This document shows positions 33,263 through 41,967 of a DNA stretch of 64,000 bases, piece after piece. The DNA comes from a virus: the IMG/VR virus record IMGVR_UViG_3300044728_000136. One strand, written 5' to 3'. Positions within the stretch are counted from its first letter, which is position 1; the number at the start of each line of letters is the position of its first letter. A model generated the notes under the pieces. That model did not search any database. It was not told where the DNA came from and was given only the letters and a program-made list of their open reading frames with translations. The translations under genes were made by a program, and so were the position numbers.

Positions 33263-34065
33263 GTGCAAAACTCTTTGATCGCCAGTGCGGAGGGTCGGGG
33301 CGTCCAATCGTGGTTGAACAGCCCGAAATCTTTCTCCGGATTCCCCGGTACGGGCGCATAGATGTAGGTCGCTTCGATCCCCAGTGCGAGATTGATGCGT
33401 AGTTCCTCTGCGATGTAGGCTCCTTGATCGGCTTGGTTCACGCCTGCGAGATTCCAGCCCACCTCGGTCACTTGCACGATCATCTCGTCAGGAAGCGGGC
33501 GAGCCATCGCCGCATATTCTTCCCACCGGGTGGGATAGCGTGACGTGGAGGGAGGAGAGGGTTCTCGATACGTGTGCCATGCGACTCGATCATACGCATC
33601 GTCTGGAATGGTCGCTCGGACTTCCTCAAACCAGTACCGGTGAATCTGCGGGCCTGCTCTATCGGGTTGGAGGTAATCCCCGGCGAGAATCAACACGGTC
33701 TGCCCTTCCAGATACTCACACACCTGTCGAGCGAGGGTGCCGTAGCGTTTCCCACTCCACCCACCCATCACCCTCGGCTCATTGAGGATTTCCACTTCTT
33801 CGAAGTCAAACGCCACCACCACATCCTGACAGAACGTCAGATAAGCGTGCATGTCCGGATCGTGATCATAGGTGAAGTCGAGAATCGGCAGAAGGATAAA
33901 CCCTGCTTGCTGTAACGGTCCCACGATCTTCAGCGGATCGGGGTGGCGATAGTCGAGATTGAAGCGGACGTGCGTGGCTCCGGTTTCCTCTCGGATGAGG
34001 GTCCAGAGATCGGCATCCACCACACTCTCAGGCCCGGGGGTGGGGCACACCAGACCGACTCTCAT
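33250..34065 (-). CDS. glycoside hydrolase, clan GH-A-like TIM barrel
   Basis: EILNEP (acid/base NEP) and VTEVGW (nucleophile Glu) in the expected order. Confidence 0.6.
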   Translation of the reverse strand: MRVGLVCPTPGPESVVDADLWTLIREETGATHVRFNLDYRHPDPLKIVGPLQQAGFILLPILDFTYDHDPDMHAYLTFCQDVVVAFDFEEVEILNEPRVMGGWSGKRYGTLARQVCEYLEGQTVLILAGDYLQPDRAGPQIHRYWFEEVRATIPDDAYDRVAWHTYREPSPPSTSRYPTRWEEYAAMARPLPDEMIVQVTEVGWNLAGVNQADQGAYIAEELRINLALGIEATYIYAPVPGNPEKDFGLFNHDWTPRPSALAIKEFCTQVP

Positions 34066-35750
34066 GCCACCACTCCTCCGGCACTATTCCACACTGCTGT
34101 CCCCGCTTTTGGGCCGTTGGGATCTTCATAGATGACCAGCACCCGATCATCGTTCAACTGGCACATGGCCCCGGGATGCCCATCGGTATGCGAAGCCCAG
34201 ACTGGATTTCCATCTCCGTCATAGATCACGAGATTGCCATCGGGATTCATCTTCACGTTGCCCGGTTTCGTACCGCCTGTTTGAGAGGCCCAGACCGCTT
34301 CTCCCGTATCGGTATAGAGCACGAAGTTGCCATCGGCCTCATCGTACTTCGCCTGACAGGTTTTCCCTGTGGCAATCAATTGCTCGCCGGGTTGCAACGT
34401 GTCTTCGGAGAATAACTGATGGCGCTCCGTGACCACCGGGACGCTCGGGCCTCCCTCGGTCTTCACCACCTTGGCGATCTCGGGCATGTGGGGCAGTTCC
34501 CACACGAACCGGATTTCTCGCCAACCATTGTGATATTTCTCAGGGAGATGCCCGTTCCACACACACCACTCACTGTGGGTGACATACATGGGCCATCCGG
34601 CGTTTTTCGTGTTGGTCAGGTCTTTCTCGACCTGATATTCGTCGGCATACATCCCACCCGCTGAGGAGCCCGGTCCCGGGGGCTCATTATTGATTTTGGG
34701 CAGGCTCTTGTAGAACGCATTGAACGCAAACGGATCAGACCACTTCCCGTTGTCTCGCATCGTATGAATCGTGATCTCATTGGCTCCGCTATGATCAGCG
34801 GCTCCATACAATTCATCGAAGCTGTCTTGCATCTCTTCGTTCGTGGGATTCGCTCCCATCCCGCCATGCGCGGCATCAGGTGAGGACAACGAGAGTAAGA
34901 ATCCTGCGGGCAACTTTGACCGCATATCCGTCCCCATATTTCGCACTTCTTGGGGCGTCCACTTATTCACTTTGAATTCGTTCGCGCATTCGAAGCTACG
35001 TATCGCTTCCCATTTTCCCTGTGAGGCGGCGATGATGCGATCCTGAAAGCGTCTTCGATCATCTTCCGTGGGGGTTTGATTTCTCCCGCCGTAGATGGTG
35101 CAATGAAGTTGCTTCCCCAGATTGCCCACCACGTCCAACATTTTCTTATAACGATTTTCCCAATCGTCATGAATGAACACGCCTGCATCGGTCCACACGT
35201 CCGGACTGCCGTGGCTTTGTCCCTCGACAGCGAGCATGACACGGAACACCGAAGGATTCATCTCTCCCAGAATCCAGTCCATGTTCTTCTTGGCTTCGTC
35301 GGGCCACTTGGCCAAGGCGGTCATCAAGCAGAACCACCCGAAGGCAATCGTGCAATCAGTTGCAGTCCCTTCGTGTGGCGTGCCACTGTCATAGATCGGC
35401 CATCCGCTGATATCGACGTAGACGTTACTTGGACGCCAAAAGGCGGGCGGAATCACTGTCCATGCGGGGCCAGCAGGAGCGGGATGCCCACCGGCACTTT
35501 GGATGATGTCTACACGCTCTCCGTTGGGCCATGCAAGGACATCATGCGAACAGCGTTGCTGATTCGGATAGGTGTAGCCTGCTTCGCCTGCACTCTTACT
35601 CAGCAAACCCACTCTCTCCGCTTTCATCTCCGGCTCGGCACACACCCACTGCAAGTACTCCCCACAGGCCGGAACCGAGTTGTATTGCAGGAGATAGGGT
35701 TTCGCCTGATTCACACGATCTACAACTTTTCGGCCAATTGTGGGGTCCAT
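34062..35750 (-). CDS. glycoside hydrolase-like domain fused to a C-terminal bulb-type (B-) lectin domain
   Basis: CANEF and INNEP barrel-like motifs. The C-terminus has three QxDxNxVxY-type subdomains (DEADGNFVLYTD, NPDGNLVIYDGDG, LNDDRVLVIYED). Confidence 0.65.
   Translation of the reverse strand: MDPTIGRKVVDRVNQAKPYLLQYNSVPACGEYLQWVCAEPEMKAERVGLLSKSAGEAGYTYPNQQRCSHDVLAWPNGERVDIIQSAGGHPAPAGPAWTVIPPAFWRPSNVYVDISGWPIYDSGTPHEGTATDCTIAFGWFCLMTALAKWPDEAKKNMDWILGEMNPSVFRVMLAVEGQSHGSPDVWTDAGVFIHDDWENRYKKMLDVVGNLGKQLHCTIYGGRNQTPTEDDRRRFQDRIIAASQGKWEAIRSFECANEFKVNKWTPQEVRNMGTDMRSKLPAGFLLSLSSPDAAHGGMGANPTNEEMQDSFDELYGAADHSGANEITIHTMRDNGKWSDPFAFNAFYKSLPKINNEPPGPGSSAGGMYADEYQVEKDLTNTKNAGWPMYVTHSEWCVWNGHLPEKYHNGWREIRFVWELPHMPEIAKVVKTEGGPSVPVVTERHQLFSEDTLQPGEQLIATGKTCQAKYDEADGNFVLYTDTGEAVWASQTGGTKPGNVKMNPDGNLVIYDGDGNPVWASHTDGHPGAMCQLNDDRVLVIYEDPNGPKAGTAVWNSAGGVVA
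34371..34384. repeat. 14-bp quasi-palindrome copy GGCAATCAATTGCT (inner 12 intact)
   Basis: Inside CDS 34062..35750 (codes EQLIA). Confidence 0.55.
35351..35364. repeat. 14-bp quasi-palindrome copy TGCAATCAGTTGCA (1 mismatch)
   Basis: Inside CDS 34062..35750 (codes ATDCT). Confidence 0.65.
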
Positions 35751-35756
35751 AGGCTC

Positions 35757-37718
35757 CTACGCGCTTTCTTCGATGAGCGATTGATACTCAGGGACGTTTG
35801 GTTTTTGGAGCTTGTCTACGCTCGCATAGACGCTCTGCGGAATCATCAAGACAGGAATCCGATACAGGCCCCACATCTCCCGGCGCATGGTCAACCCATA
35901 CACGACTCCTGCGAGGGCGTCTGCACAGTCCTTACTGCCTCCGGGGGGATGATCGACTTTCCCGGTCTTCACGTCTTTTTCCAGCGTGAGAATTTCGCGA
36001 TGGAGCTTCGGGTGGGTGGGGACGTTCAACCGCGCTTCATACACCGCTGTCTTGGTAAAGTCATAGGGTGGACAGGGCAACGTGTCCATACTCTGATGTC
36101 CGGTAATCAATCCCTGTTGCCGCAGAATTTGCTGACTGTCTGCGGACTGGAATTGATCGAATGTACACCAGACAATGTTCAGGCCCATCTTCTTCAGGAC
36201 GATGATGACTTCGCGGATCTTGCCGAGTAAGATCTCGCAGTTCTTTGGAGGACGGATCTCTAACACACCATCGATCCACACCTCGGGCATGTAAGCGGGC
36301 TGAATGGGATCGCTCGATACGCTCTTAAAGCCTGAAACGGTCCCGATGCAGAGGCCCGCCGAATCCCCTGATAGAGCAAGGTCACAATGAGCGAACCTCG
36401 GGATATCAGGATTCCAGAAATTCTTCTTAAGAAGTGTGAGACGTGTCTCTACGAAGTCCACCACCGGTTGAGAGAAGATCGATTCTCGGGGCTTAAAGGC
36501 GTAGTGGACCTTTTCCACCTCTAAGAAGAAGGGGTGTCTAGCTAAAGTGCTCACCCCGGCGATCTCTCTCAGGGCGTTGATGATGTCTTTTTCGAATTCC
36601 TGTCGAAACTCATTGGGGACCGCGACACACAAGGCTCGCATGTCATCATTAACCGGTTCCCCTTTCTCTATGAAACGCGGCTTCCGGGTGAGATCCCCCA
36701 CGAAGACCGCGAACCAGCCTCGGTTCCCGAAGTCCTCCGGCTTGATATCCCAGACGCGCTTATCGTATACAAAAATGGTGGGGTCTTTCTCAGCTTCAGC
36801 CACTTTCTGATCGGTGAACTGACCGGGGTACTTCTTACTAGACACCAGACAGAGTATACCGGGTAGCTTCCCGTTTTCCATGAACCGCGACTTGCGTCTT
36901 CGTGCAATCGAGTTGTAGAGGAGGATCGCTTGGTCATACGTGCCTTTATCCACGGCTACACGCGACTTCTCCACCACGCTCATGTAGTTCAATTCATCGA
37001 TCAACCCGCCCATGACGTTCTGGCCGATGGCCGCTGTCTCAGTACCAGCGACCGGTACGACTTCAACGCGATTCGGAAACACAAGCCGACTATGTAGGCT
37101 TTTATCGAAGGGGTAATACTTGTTGAAATAGGGCGAGCCTTCAATCATGTGTCGAAAACGCTGATAATCCACACCTTTGGCTAAGTTGAGCGTCATACTC
37201 TGAAAGACGAGGAGAATTTCGGAGCTTGGGTCCAGTCCGAACTGTCCGTGGGGATTCCTCAGACACGAGAGCAGATACAACTGATAAGCGTTCGTGTACA
37301 AGGCGAGCGTCGTCTTCCCTGAGCCAATCCCGCCCGTCATAATCGCTTCGACATAGAACCCGTTGTTCAGTTCTTCTGCGGCGGCTAAGACCCCCGGGTA
37401 GATCTCGGCGGCTTTGTTCAGGTATCTCGGACTACAGATGAATTCTCGAATGCCTACGGGCTTCCACTTGTACTGGGCGTAGTCTTGGAGTTGCGTGGAA
37501 GGCGTGCCGCGTAGGGCTTCCTCGACATGCACCACGCTCTTGGCGTAGAACAGGGCGCGTTCTTGCGGATCGGCAATCTTCTGGCCGGTTTTCCAGATCT
37601 TAAGAGCTTCGTCCTTACCTAAGAACTGTTCAAAGTAAGCATAGGCTCGCGCATTGACCTGATGGAGGTGTTGCTCAGGGGTGGGGGGAGGCGCTTTGGG
37701 CTGCGCGAATTTGAGCAT
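35757..37718 (-). CDS. terL: terminase large subunit
   Basis: 653 aa. Walker A TGGIGSGKTT. Size and overall layout are typical of TerL. Confidence 0.8.
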   Translation of the reverse strand: MLKFAQPKAPPPTPEQHLHQVNARAYAYFEQFLGKDEALKIWKTGQKIADPQERALFYAKSVVHVEEALRGTPSTQLQDYAQYKWKPVGIREFICSPRYLNKAAEIYPGVLAAAEELNNGFYVEAIMTGGIGSGKTTLALYTNAYQLYLLSCLRNPHGQFGLDPSSEILLVFQSMTLNLAKGVDYQRFRHMIEGSPYFNKYYPFDKSLHSRLVFPNRVEVVPVAGTETAAIGQNVMGGLIDELNYMSVVEKSRVAVDKGTYDQAILLYNSIARRRKSRFMENGKLPGILCLVSSKKYPGQFTDQKVAEAEKDPTIFVYDKRVWDIKPEDFGNRGWFAVFVGDLTRKPRFIEKGEPVNDDMRALCVAVPNEFRQEFEKDIINALREIAGVSTLARHPFFLEVEKVHYAFKPRESIFSQPVVDFVETRLTLLKKNFWNPDIPRFAHCDLALSGDSAGLCIGTVSGFKSVSSDPIQPAYMPEVWIDGVLEIRPPKNCEILLGKIREVIIVLKKMGLNIVWCTFDQFQSADSQQILRQQGLITGHQSMDTLPCPPYDFTKTAVYEARLNVPTHPKLHREILTLEKDVKTGKVDHPPGGSKDCADALAGVVYGLTMRREMWGLYRIPVLMIPQSVYASVDKLQKPNVPEYQSLIEESA

Positions 37719-39184
37719 TAGAAGGGCAAGGGCACGTCTTCTTCTGTGCGTCTCACGATCAGCTTCTTCAGGGCCTGTCGTTGCATCATACCCGCAATGC
37801 GATGCTCTGCGATGATAAACGACTCTTTTTCTTTCTCGATGCCGATGTAGCCACAGTGCTCAGGGATACAGGCCATCGCCGTGGTCCCTGACCCTAAGAA
37901 CGGATCGAGCACCACCCCTCCGGGGGGCGTCACGAGACGTATGAGCCAGCGCATGAGGGACAAGGGCTTCACCGTGGGGTGGGTGTTGCGTGCGCCTCCG
38001 GTGCGTCCTGATCCGGCTCTCGGACTGTTCAGACCATCCGTGCCATCTACGCGATCTGTCGCTTCGCCTCCGGTGCGTATAGGAAGATCCTCACAGCCGA
38101 TATCACGTTCAGATCGACCGGGTTTGGCACAGTAAAAAAACCTCGACGCGCCTCCACTATCCAAATATCCTGTTTTGTGTTCAGTACGTTGTTCCGTCCC
38201 ACCAAACATCAATCCACCCTTCGCTCCTCGTGTATGTCCATTCGCATTCCCTATCCATGGGGATACTCGTTCCCCCGCCTGTGCATTCAATTGCAACGCG
38301 GCTTCCTCATCGAGGATTACATTGGCAGGCCAGCGACCTTGGGGCTGGGTATACTGTTCAGGCGTCAAACGTCCATCCTCCCCGTACATTCCTGCGGCAA
38401 CTGCTGATCGTTCTTCTCCCGAAACAGGAGTGCGTTTCCCACCGCTATATGCCCCACCATTCAAATTGTCTTGTGTTTCTATGCGACAGGCATCGATATT
38501 CAACGCTCCTGTGCCGTACGTCAAGACGTTCTCTGCTACGGTGCCACTGAGAGGTTTTCTCGCGAGGATGATCGGTTCCCATGCAGGTTTGAGTGCGGTA
38601 CCCCATCCTTGCCATGGACCCTCATCATTCCCTCTCCCATTCCCCTGTTCGTCCATGAAGGATCCGGCTCCTGCACCAAATCCTTGTCCTGTGGGAGAAT
38701 CGTCTGTACATCCACCTTTGAATTTCCCATGATTCGGGCTGGTAGGATCTGGGCCTCCCTGTGGAAATCCTTCTTGAGCTTTGTTGATAGCTTGCTGTAC
38801 GTTCAAGCTCTTGGGGAAGCCTGTGCCATAGAGCCACATGAGACAGTCTCGGATCTCAAAATCCGCGTCCTCTAAGGCGCATGTCAAACGATGAAACGTG
38901 CGTGTCCCACCGAAAGCGAGGAGGTGGGCTCCGGGTTTCAGGACACGCCACACTTCCTCGGCCCATGCTTGATGCCAGTGCTGTTGTTGTTTCATGGCAC
39001 TGACTTTCTGCTTGCTGGTCAACTGATCCCACTCTTTCCCCATGAAGCCTAAGCCATATGGGGGATCCGTCACACACACGTCTATTGAGTCTCGTTCAAA
39101 CTCAGGAAGCACCTCAAACAAATCGCCATGATACACCCGGCGAAGGAGGGGAATGGGCTCGGGCTTCGTGGCGAAGATGAGCAT
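37718..39184 (-). CDS. DNA N6-adenine/N4-cytosine methyltransferase (beta-class order)
   Basis: VCVTDPPYGLGF (motif IV) lies before VLDPFLGSGTTAMAC (motif I), with a Gly-rich middle insertion. TAATG-type coupling to terL. Confidence 0.8.
   Translation of the reverse strand: MLIFATKPEPIPLLRRVYHGDLFEVLPEFERDSIDVCVTDPPYGLGFMGKEWDQLTSKQKVSAMKQQQHWHQAWAEEVWRVLKPGAHLLAFGGTRTFHRLTCALEDADFEIRDCLMWLYGTGFPKSLNVQQAINKAQEGFPQGGPDPTSPNHGKFKGGCTDDSPTGQGFGAGAGSFMDEQGNGRGNDEGPWQGWGTALKPAWEPIILARKPLSGTVAENVLTYGTGALNIDACRIETQDNLNGGAYSGGKRTPVSGEERSAVAAGMYGEDGRLTPEQYTQPQGRWPANVILDEEAALQLNAQAGERVSPWIGNANGHTRGAKGGLMFGGTEQRTEHKTGYLDSGGASRFFYCAKPGRSERDIGCEDLPIRTGGEATDRVDGTDGLNSPRAGSGRTGGARNTHPTVKPLSLMRWLIRLVTPPGGVVLDPFLGSGTTAMACIPEHCGYIGIEKEKESFIIAEHRIAGMMQRQALKKLIVRRTEEDVPLPF
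38282..38295. repeat. 14-bp quasi-palindrome copy TGCATTCAATTGCA (1 mismatch)
   Basis: Inside the MTase CDS (codes LQLNA). Confidence 0.7.
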
Positions 39185-39390
39185 CAGCGTTTGACGATGG
39201 AGTCAGGCACAAACGTCTGAGCCACAGCCACTTGTCCTGCGGCATCGGTGGTCGCCCCGGCGATCACAGTCGTGCGATAGAGATAGCCTGTCTCGACCTT
39301 CAGCTTCTCGGTGAAGTCTTGGCCGGGGATCTTCTCGGTGACTGTTTCCCACTTGGGCGTGTCTGCCATGGTGTTAGGGTCTTCCATCAC
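39184..39390 (-). CDS. hypothetical protein
   Basis: ORF track, 68 aa. Confidence 0.45.
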   Translation of the reverse strand: MMEDPNTMADTPKWETVTEKIPGQDFTEKLKVETGYLYRTTVIAGATTDAAGQVAVAQTFVPDSIVKR

Positions 39391-39763
39391 TCACCTCTTT
39401 AGGAATGTGGCGGGCATCGAAAATCTGTTCAATCGTGTTGATCGCTTCGAAAATCTGCTTCTGCACCGAGGAGCCATCGGGAAGCGTAGTCGTCTGTGAG
39501 ACTCCACGCATGGTGACATGGGCAGTGGGGCCTCGGAATTCGTCCAGCCCTAATTCGAACCGAAGCTTCTGTAGTTCAAGGAGGGTGTAGCGATACTCCC
39601 GCATGGACTCATTGATGGTTTTGGCGATGTAGTGATCGACAGGCGCGTCTTTGGCGGCTTCTAACTTCAGACGCTCTTTCGCTACCATCTTCAGCACACG
39701 AGTCCGCTGTATCTCCGACAGTTCTTGCAGGCGATCTGCGGTCGTGGCGACTGCTGACGTCAT
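39374..39763 (-). CDS. hypothetical protein (positional candidate for a small terminase subunit)
   Basis: Trimmed to ATG 39763. The leader consists essentially of the motif copy. The function is a guess from position only. Confidence 0.45.
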   Translation of the reverse strand: MTSAVATTADRLQELSEIQRTRVLKMVAKERLKLEAAKDAPVDHYIAKTINESMREYRYTLLELQKLRFELGLDEFRGPTAHVTMRGVSQTTTLPDGSSVQKQIFEAINTIEQIFDARHIPKEVSDGRP

Positions 39764-39767
39764 GGTG

Positions 39768-39781
39768 TGCAATTGAGTGCA
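39768..39781. repeat. 14-bp quasi-palindrome copy TGCAATTGAGTGCA (1 mismatch)
   Basis: Lies between -10 box 39789..39794 and ATG 39763, at about +1 to +15 of the predicted transcript. Confidence 0.7.
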
Positions 39782-39788
39782 AAACGTG

Positions 39789-39817
39789 ATCCTAGCCTAC
39801 AAGAGGCTCTTTGTCAA
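39789..39817 (-). promoter_or_regulatory. sigma70-type promoter TTGACA-17-TAGGAT
   Basis: -35 at 39817..39812, -10 at 39794..39789. Confidence 0.55.
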
Positions 39818-39962
39818 GGGGTTTGGCCCATCGTTCCAAAGATGCGTCGAATTTCTCTTGGCGAGCCACGATCTTGGCCTGATCACGAATCTGTTGGGCT
39901 TCCTCTTGGCGTTTGAGGAGCCTGCGCTGCTGTGGGGGGCTCAAAGGGCGTGGTGGGGTCAT
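39792..39962 (-). CDS. small ORF (56 aa)
   Basis: ATGA overlap with the upstream stop. Overlaps the promoter elements. Confidence 0.3.
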   Translation of the reverse strand: MTPPRPLSPPQQRRLLKRQEEAQQIRDQAKIVARQEKFDASLERWAKPLDKEPLVG

Positions 39963-40372
39963 CCTCTCCTCCATCGGGCGTCTGCGGCCTTACGGGCGAT
40001 TGTGGAGCGTTCTAGAGGGCTCAGCTTCAGGGCTCTAGCTGGGCCTCCCTTACGTCCCCCATTGACCGCCCCACGCTGCCTCTCCTCGGGGGTGAGGTGG
40101 TGGTTCAGGTGAGGGTAGAGGACTGGGCCTGTGGGGGCCTGTGGGGGGCTAGGAGGGGGCTGCTTGACCTGTGCCTGCTTGACCTGAGACTGCATGCGCT
40201 GGCGTACGGGGAGAGGGGTAGGATGTGTTCCTATCGGGATATGCTTGACCTGAGACTTCTCAAACTTCTCTGGCTGCTTCAGACGCTGTAACTTGGTCCA
40301 CAGGGAAGGCGTAGGTTCATCGTCGTAATACACCCACTCTCCAGTACGGTCATCGAAGTAGCGTTCAGCCAT
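39959..40372 (-). CDS. hypothetical protein with a basic C-terminal helix (LSPLERSTIARKAADARW)
   Basis: ORF track, 137 aa. Confidence 0.45.
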   Translation of the reverse strand: MAERYFDDRTGEWVYYDDEPTPSLWTKLQRLKQPEKFEKSQVKHIPIGTHPTPLPVRQRMQSQVKQAQVKQPPPSPPQAPTGPVLYPHLNHHLTPEERQRGAVNGGRKGGPARALKLSPLERSTIARKAADARWRRG

Positions 40373-40387
40373 GGTACTGGTAGATGG

Positions 40388-40585
40388 TTAGTCCGTTTTC
40401 TCAGCGTAGATGGTTTCTAATCTATCGAATTGTTTCTCTGAGAGCGATTTAGTTCGGTCAAATTGATCAGAGATACTTTCGAGGAATTGGTTTTCCCATG
40501 TGCTGAGACTCTTCTGGGGTGTTTGGAGAGCTTCCAGCATGTGTTTGATCAGTTCTGTTCTGTCGCTGCGTGGGTGGTGTGACAT
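40388..40585 (-). CDS. hypothetical protein
   Basis: ORF track, 65 aa. Confidence 0.4.
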   Translation of the reverse strand: MSHHPRSDRTELIKHMLEALQTPQKSLSTWENQFLESISDQFDRTKSLSEKQFDRLETIYAEKTD

Positions 40586-40769
40586 AGAATGCTGCGGGCC
40601 GATTTTTTTGGGAGTATTGGTGGCAAATGATGGCGATTCCGAGCATGTCTATCGGGGGGCTGTGGGGTTTGGTACACCAGCCTCGATCAGATAGCTCTCG
40701 CGTCCATCGATTATGCGCCCAGATACCCCAGTCCTTCTTCCAGTACTGGCAGTCTTCACAGCAGGGCAT
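40467..40769 (-). CDS. Cys/Trp-rich ORF, possibly leaderless; 3' part overlaps 40388..40585
   Basis: MPCCEDCQYWKKDWG..GWCTKP. The ATG lies 8 nt after the -10 box. The low-complexity tail makes the true end uncertain. Confidence 0.3.
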   Translation of the reverse strand: MPCCEDCQYWKKDWGIWAHNRWTRELSDRGWCTKPHSPPIDMLGIAIICHQYSQKNRPAAFYVTPPTQRQNRTDQTHAGSSPNTPEESQHMGKPIPRKYL

Positions 40770-40777
40770 TCGTATAG

Positions 40778-40806
40778 CTGTATCATAGGTGTGTACGGGG
40801 TGTCAA
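40778..40806 (-). promoter_or_regulatory. sigma70-type promoter TTGACA-17-ATACAG
   Basis: -35 at 40806..40801, containing the TGA stop of 40803..41291; -10 at 40783..40778. Confidence 0.4.
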
Positions 40807-41291
40807 CCCCATCCATCGTCATCCCCTGTGACCTCAATGGGTGGTTGATAATCGTGCTGCCCGAAACTATCAGCCATAGCGCGTGCAATTTGCGGTGACT
40901 CCTGACGGTGAGCGGCGAGATAGGCGGCTTCTCTTTGGGCGGCACGTTCAGAGGCATCCAACCCACGGTCATGTGTCGCTGCTCGCGCCTCCCATCCCTT
41001 CTCAAACCACACCCGCGCGATCTCCGGCTGGGGAGACGCCTCCGGGGCGGCGAGGGCGGCTACTTCGTGCGCTAACCTCATCGTGTGCAGGTTCTCAACG
41101 TAGGCGCGCAATTCTCGTAGCCAGCGGAGCCATGTCAGGCGACGATGCCATGATAGTGACATCCACCCTGTTTTCTTCTGCTTGTCGCCAGCAGCCTCAA
41201 CCTCCCCGATTAACGCATCGAAGGCCCGCATGGCGTCTTGGCTCAGCAGGTTGCGCTCTCTGAGCCGCTGAGACGAGGGCTGTTCAGCCAT
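40803..41291 (-). CDS. hypothetical protein
   Basis: ORF track, 162 aa. Confidence 0.5.
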   Translation of the reverse strand: MAEQPSSQRLRERNLLSQDAMRAFDALIGEVEAAGDKQKKTGWMSLSWHRRLTWLRWLRELRAYVENLHTMRLAHEVAALAAPEASPQPEIARVWFEKGWEARAATHDRGLDASERAAQREAAYLAAHRQESPQIARAMADSFGQHDYQPPIEVTGDDDGWG

Positions 41292-41506
41292 TACTCAGCC
41301 GTTTCCACATCCTCGGCGCGTGAGCCTTTGGGGCCTTGCGTAGGGGTAAAGGTGACCTGTGTATGGTCGTTCAGGTCATCGAAGGTGTTGTTGCGGACAG
41401 AGCTACGATGGAAAAAGTACTCGGTCCCATCGGAGCCTCGGATGAAGCCAAAGCCTTTGTCCGACACAATACGAATAACCGAGCCGGTGAGTCGTGGTGC
41501 AGCCAT
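41291..41506 (-). CDS. cspA: cold-shock domain protein
   Basis: GSVIRIVSDKGFGFIRGSDGTEYFFHRS carries RNP1/RNP2-like KGFGFI and FFH. Confidence 0.7.
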   Translation of the reverse strand: MAAPRLTGSVIRIVSDKGFGFIRGSDGTEYFFHRSSVRNNTFDDLNDHTQVTFTPTQGPKGSRAEDVETAE

Positions 41507-41937
41507 TAGACGAAATCTCCAATTTTCTTGTCGGTCGTGATACGACGGAAGTACAGGTGCCCCGGGTACATATGCTCGATCATGACTTTGTGATCGTCAC
41601 AGAGGCTCATGGCTCCGGTCGGTTCATTCGATCCCTCGGGCCGCTTTTGGAAGGCAATCATGGTGGGTTCTTCCATGCAGCGGGCAATCGGTTTGGGACC
41701 GAACGTGGCGAGGGTGGTGTTGGGCCACTCACACTGGCACTGGCCCATATCGGGAGGAGCCAGTACGTGAATGACCGGATCCGTATCTTCTAGGCCCCGC
41801 TCCATGTAGAGAATGATGTTGGTTTCGGTACGCCGCGTACGAGGAGCCAGCGTGGTGAGGGTATCGATGAGATCATCATTCTCTGGAAGGGGATCATCAT
41901 CAATCGGGTGTCGCTTACTGGGTTTACGCTTGGCCAT
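41506..41937 (-). CDS. hypothetical protein
   Basis: ORF track, 143 aa; GGGAGTGA SD. Confidence 0.5.
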   Translation of the reverse strand: MAKRKPSKRHPIDDDPLPENDDLIDTLTTLAPRTRRTETNIILYMERGLEDTDPVIHVLAPPDMGQCQCEWPNTTLATFGPKPIARCMEEPTMIAFQKRPEGSNEPTGAMSLCDDHKVMIEHMYPGHLYFRRITTDKKIGDFV

Positions 41938-41953
41938 GAATCACTCCCTTGTG

Positions 41954-41967
41954 TGCAGTTGATTGCA
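41954..41967. repeat. 14-bp quasi-palindrome copy TGCAGTTGATTGCA (1 mismatch)
   Basis: Intergenic; 4 nt 5' of AAGGGAGTGA of 41506..41937. Confidence 0.7.
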
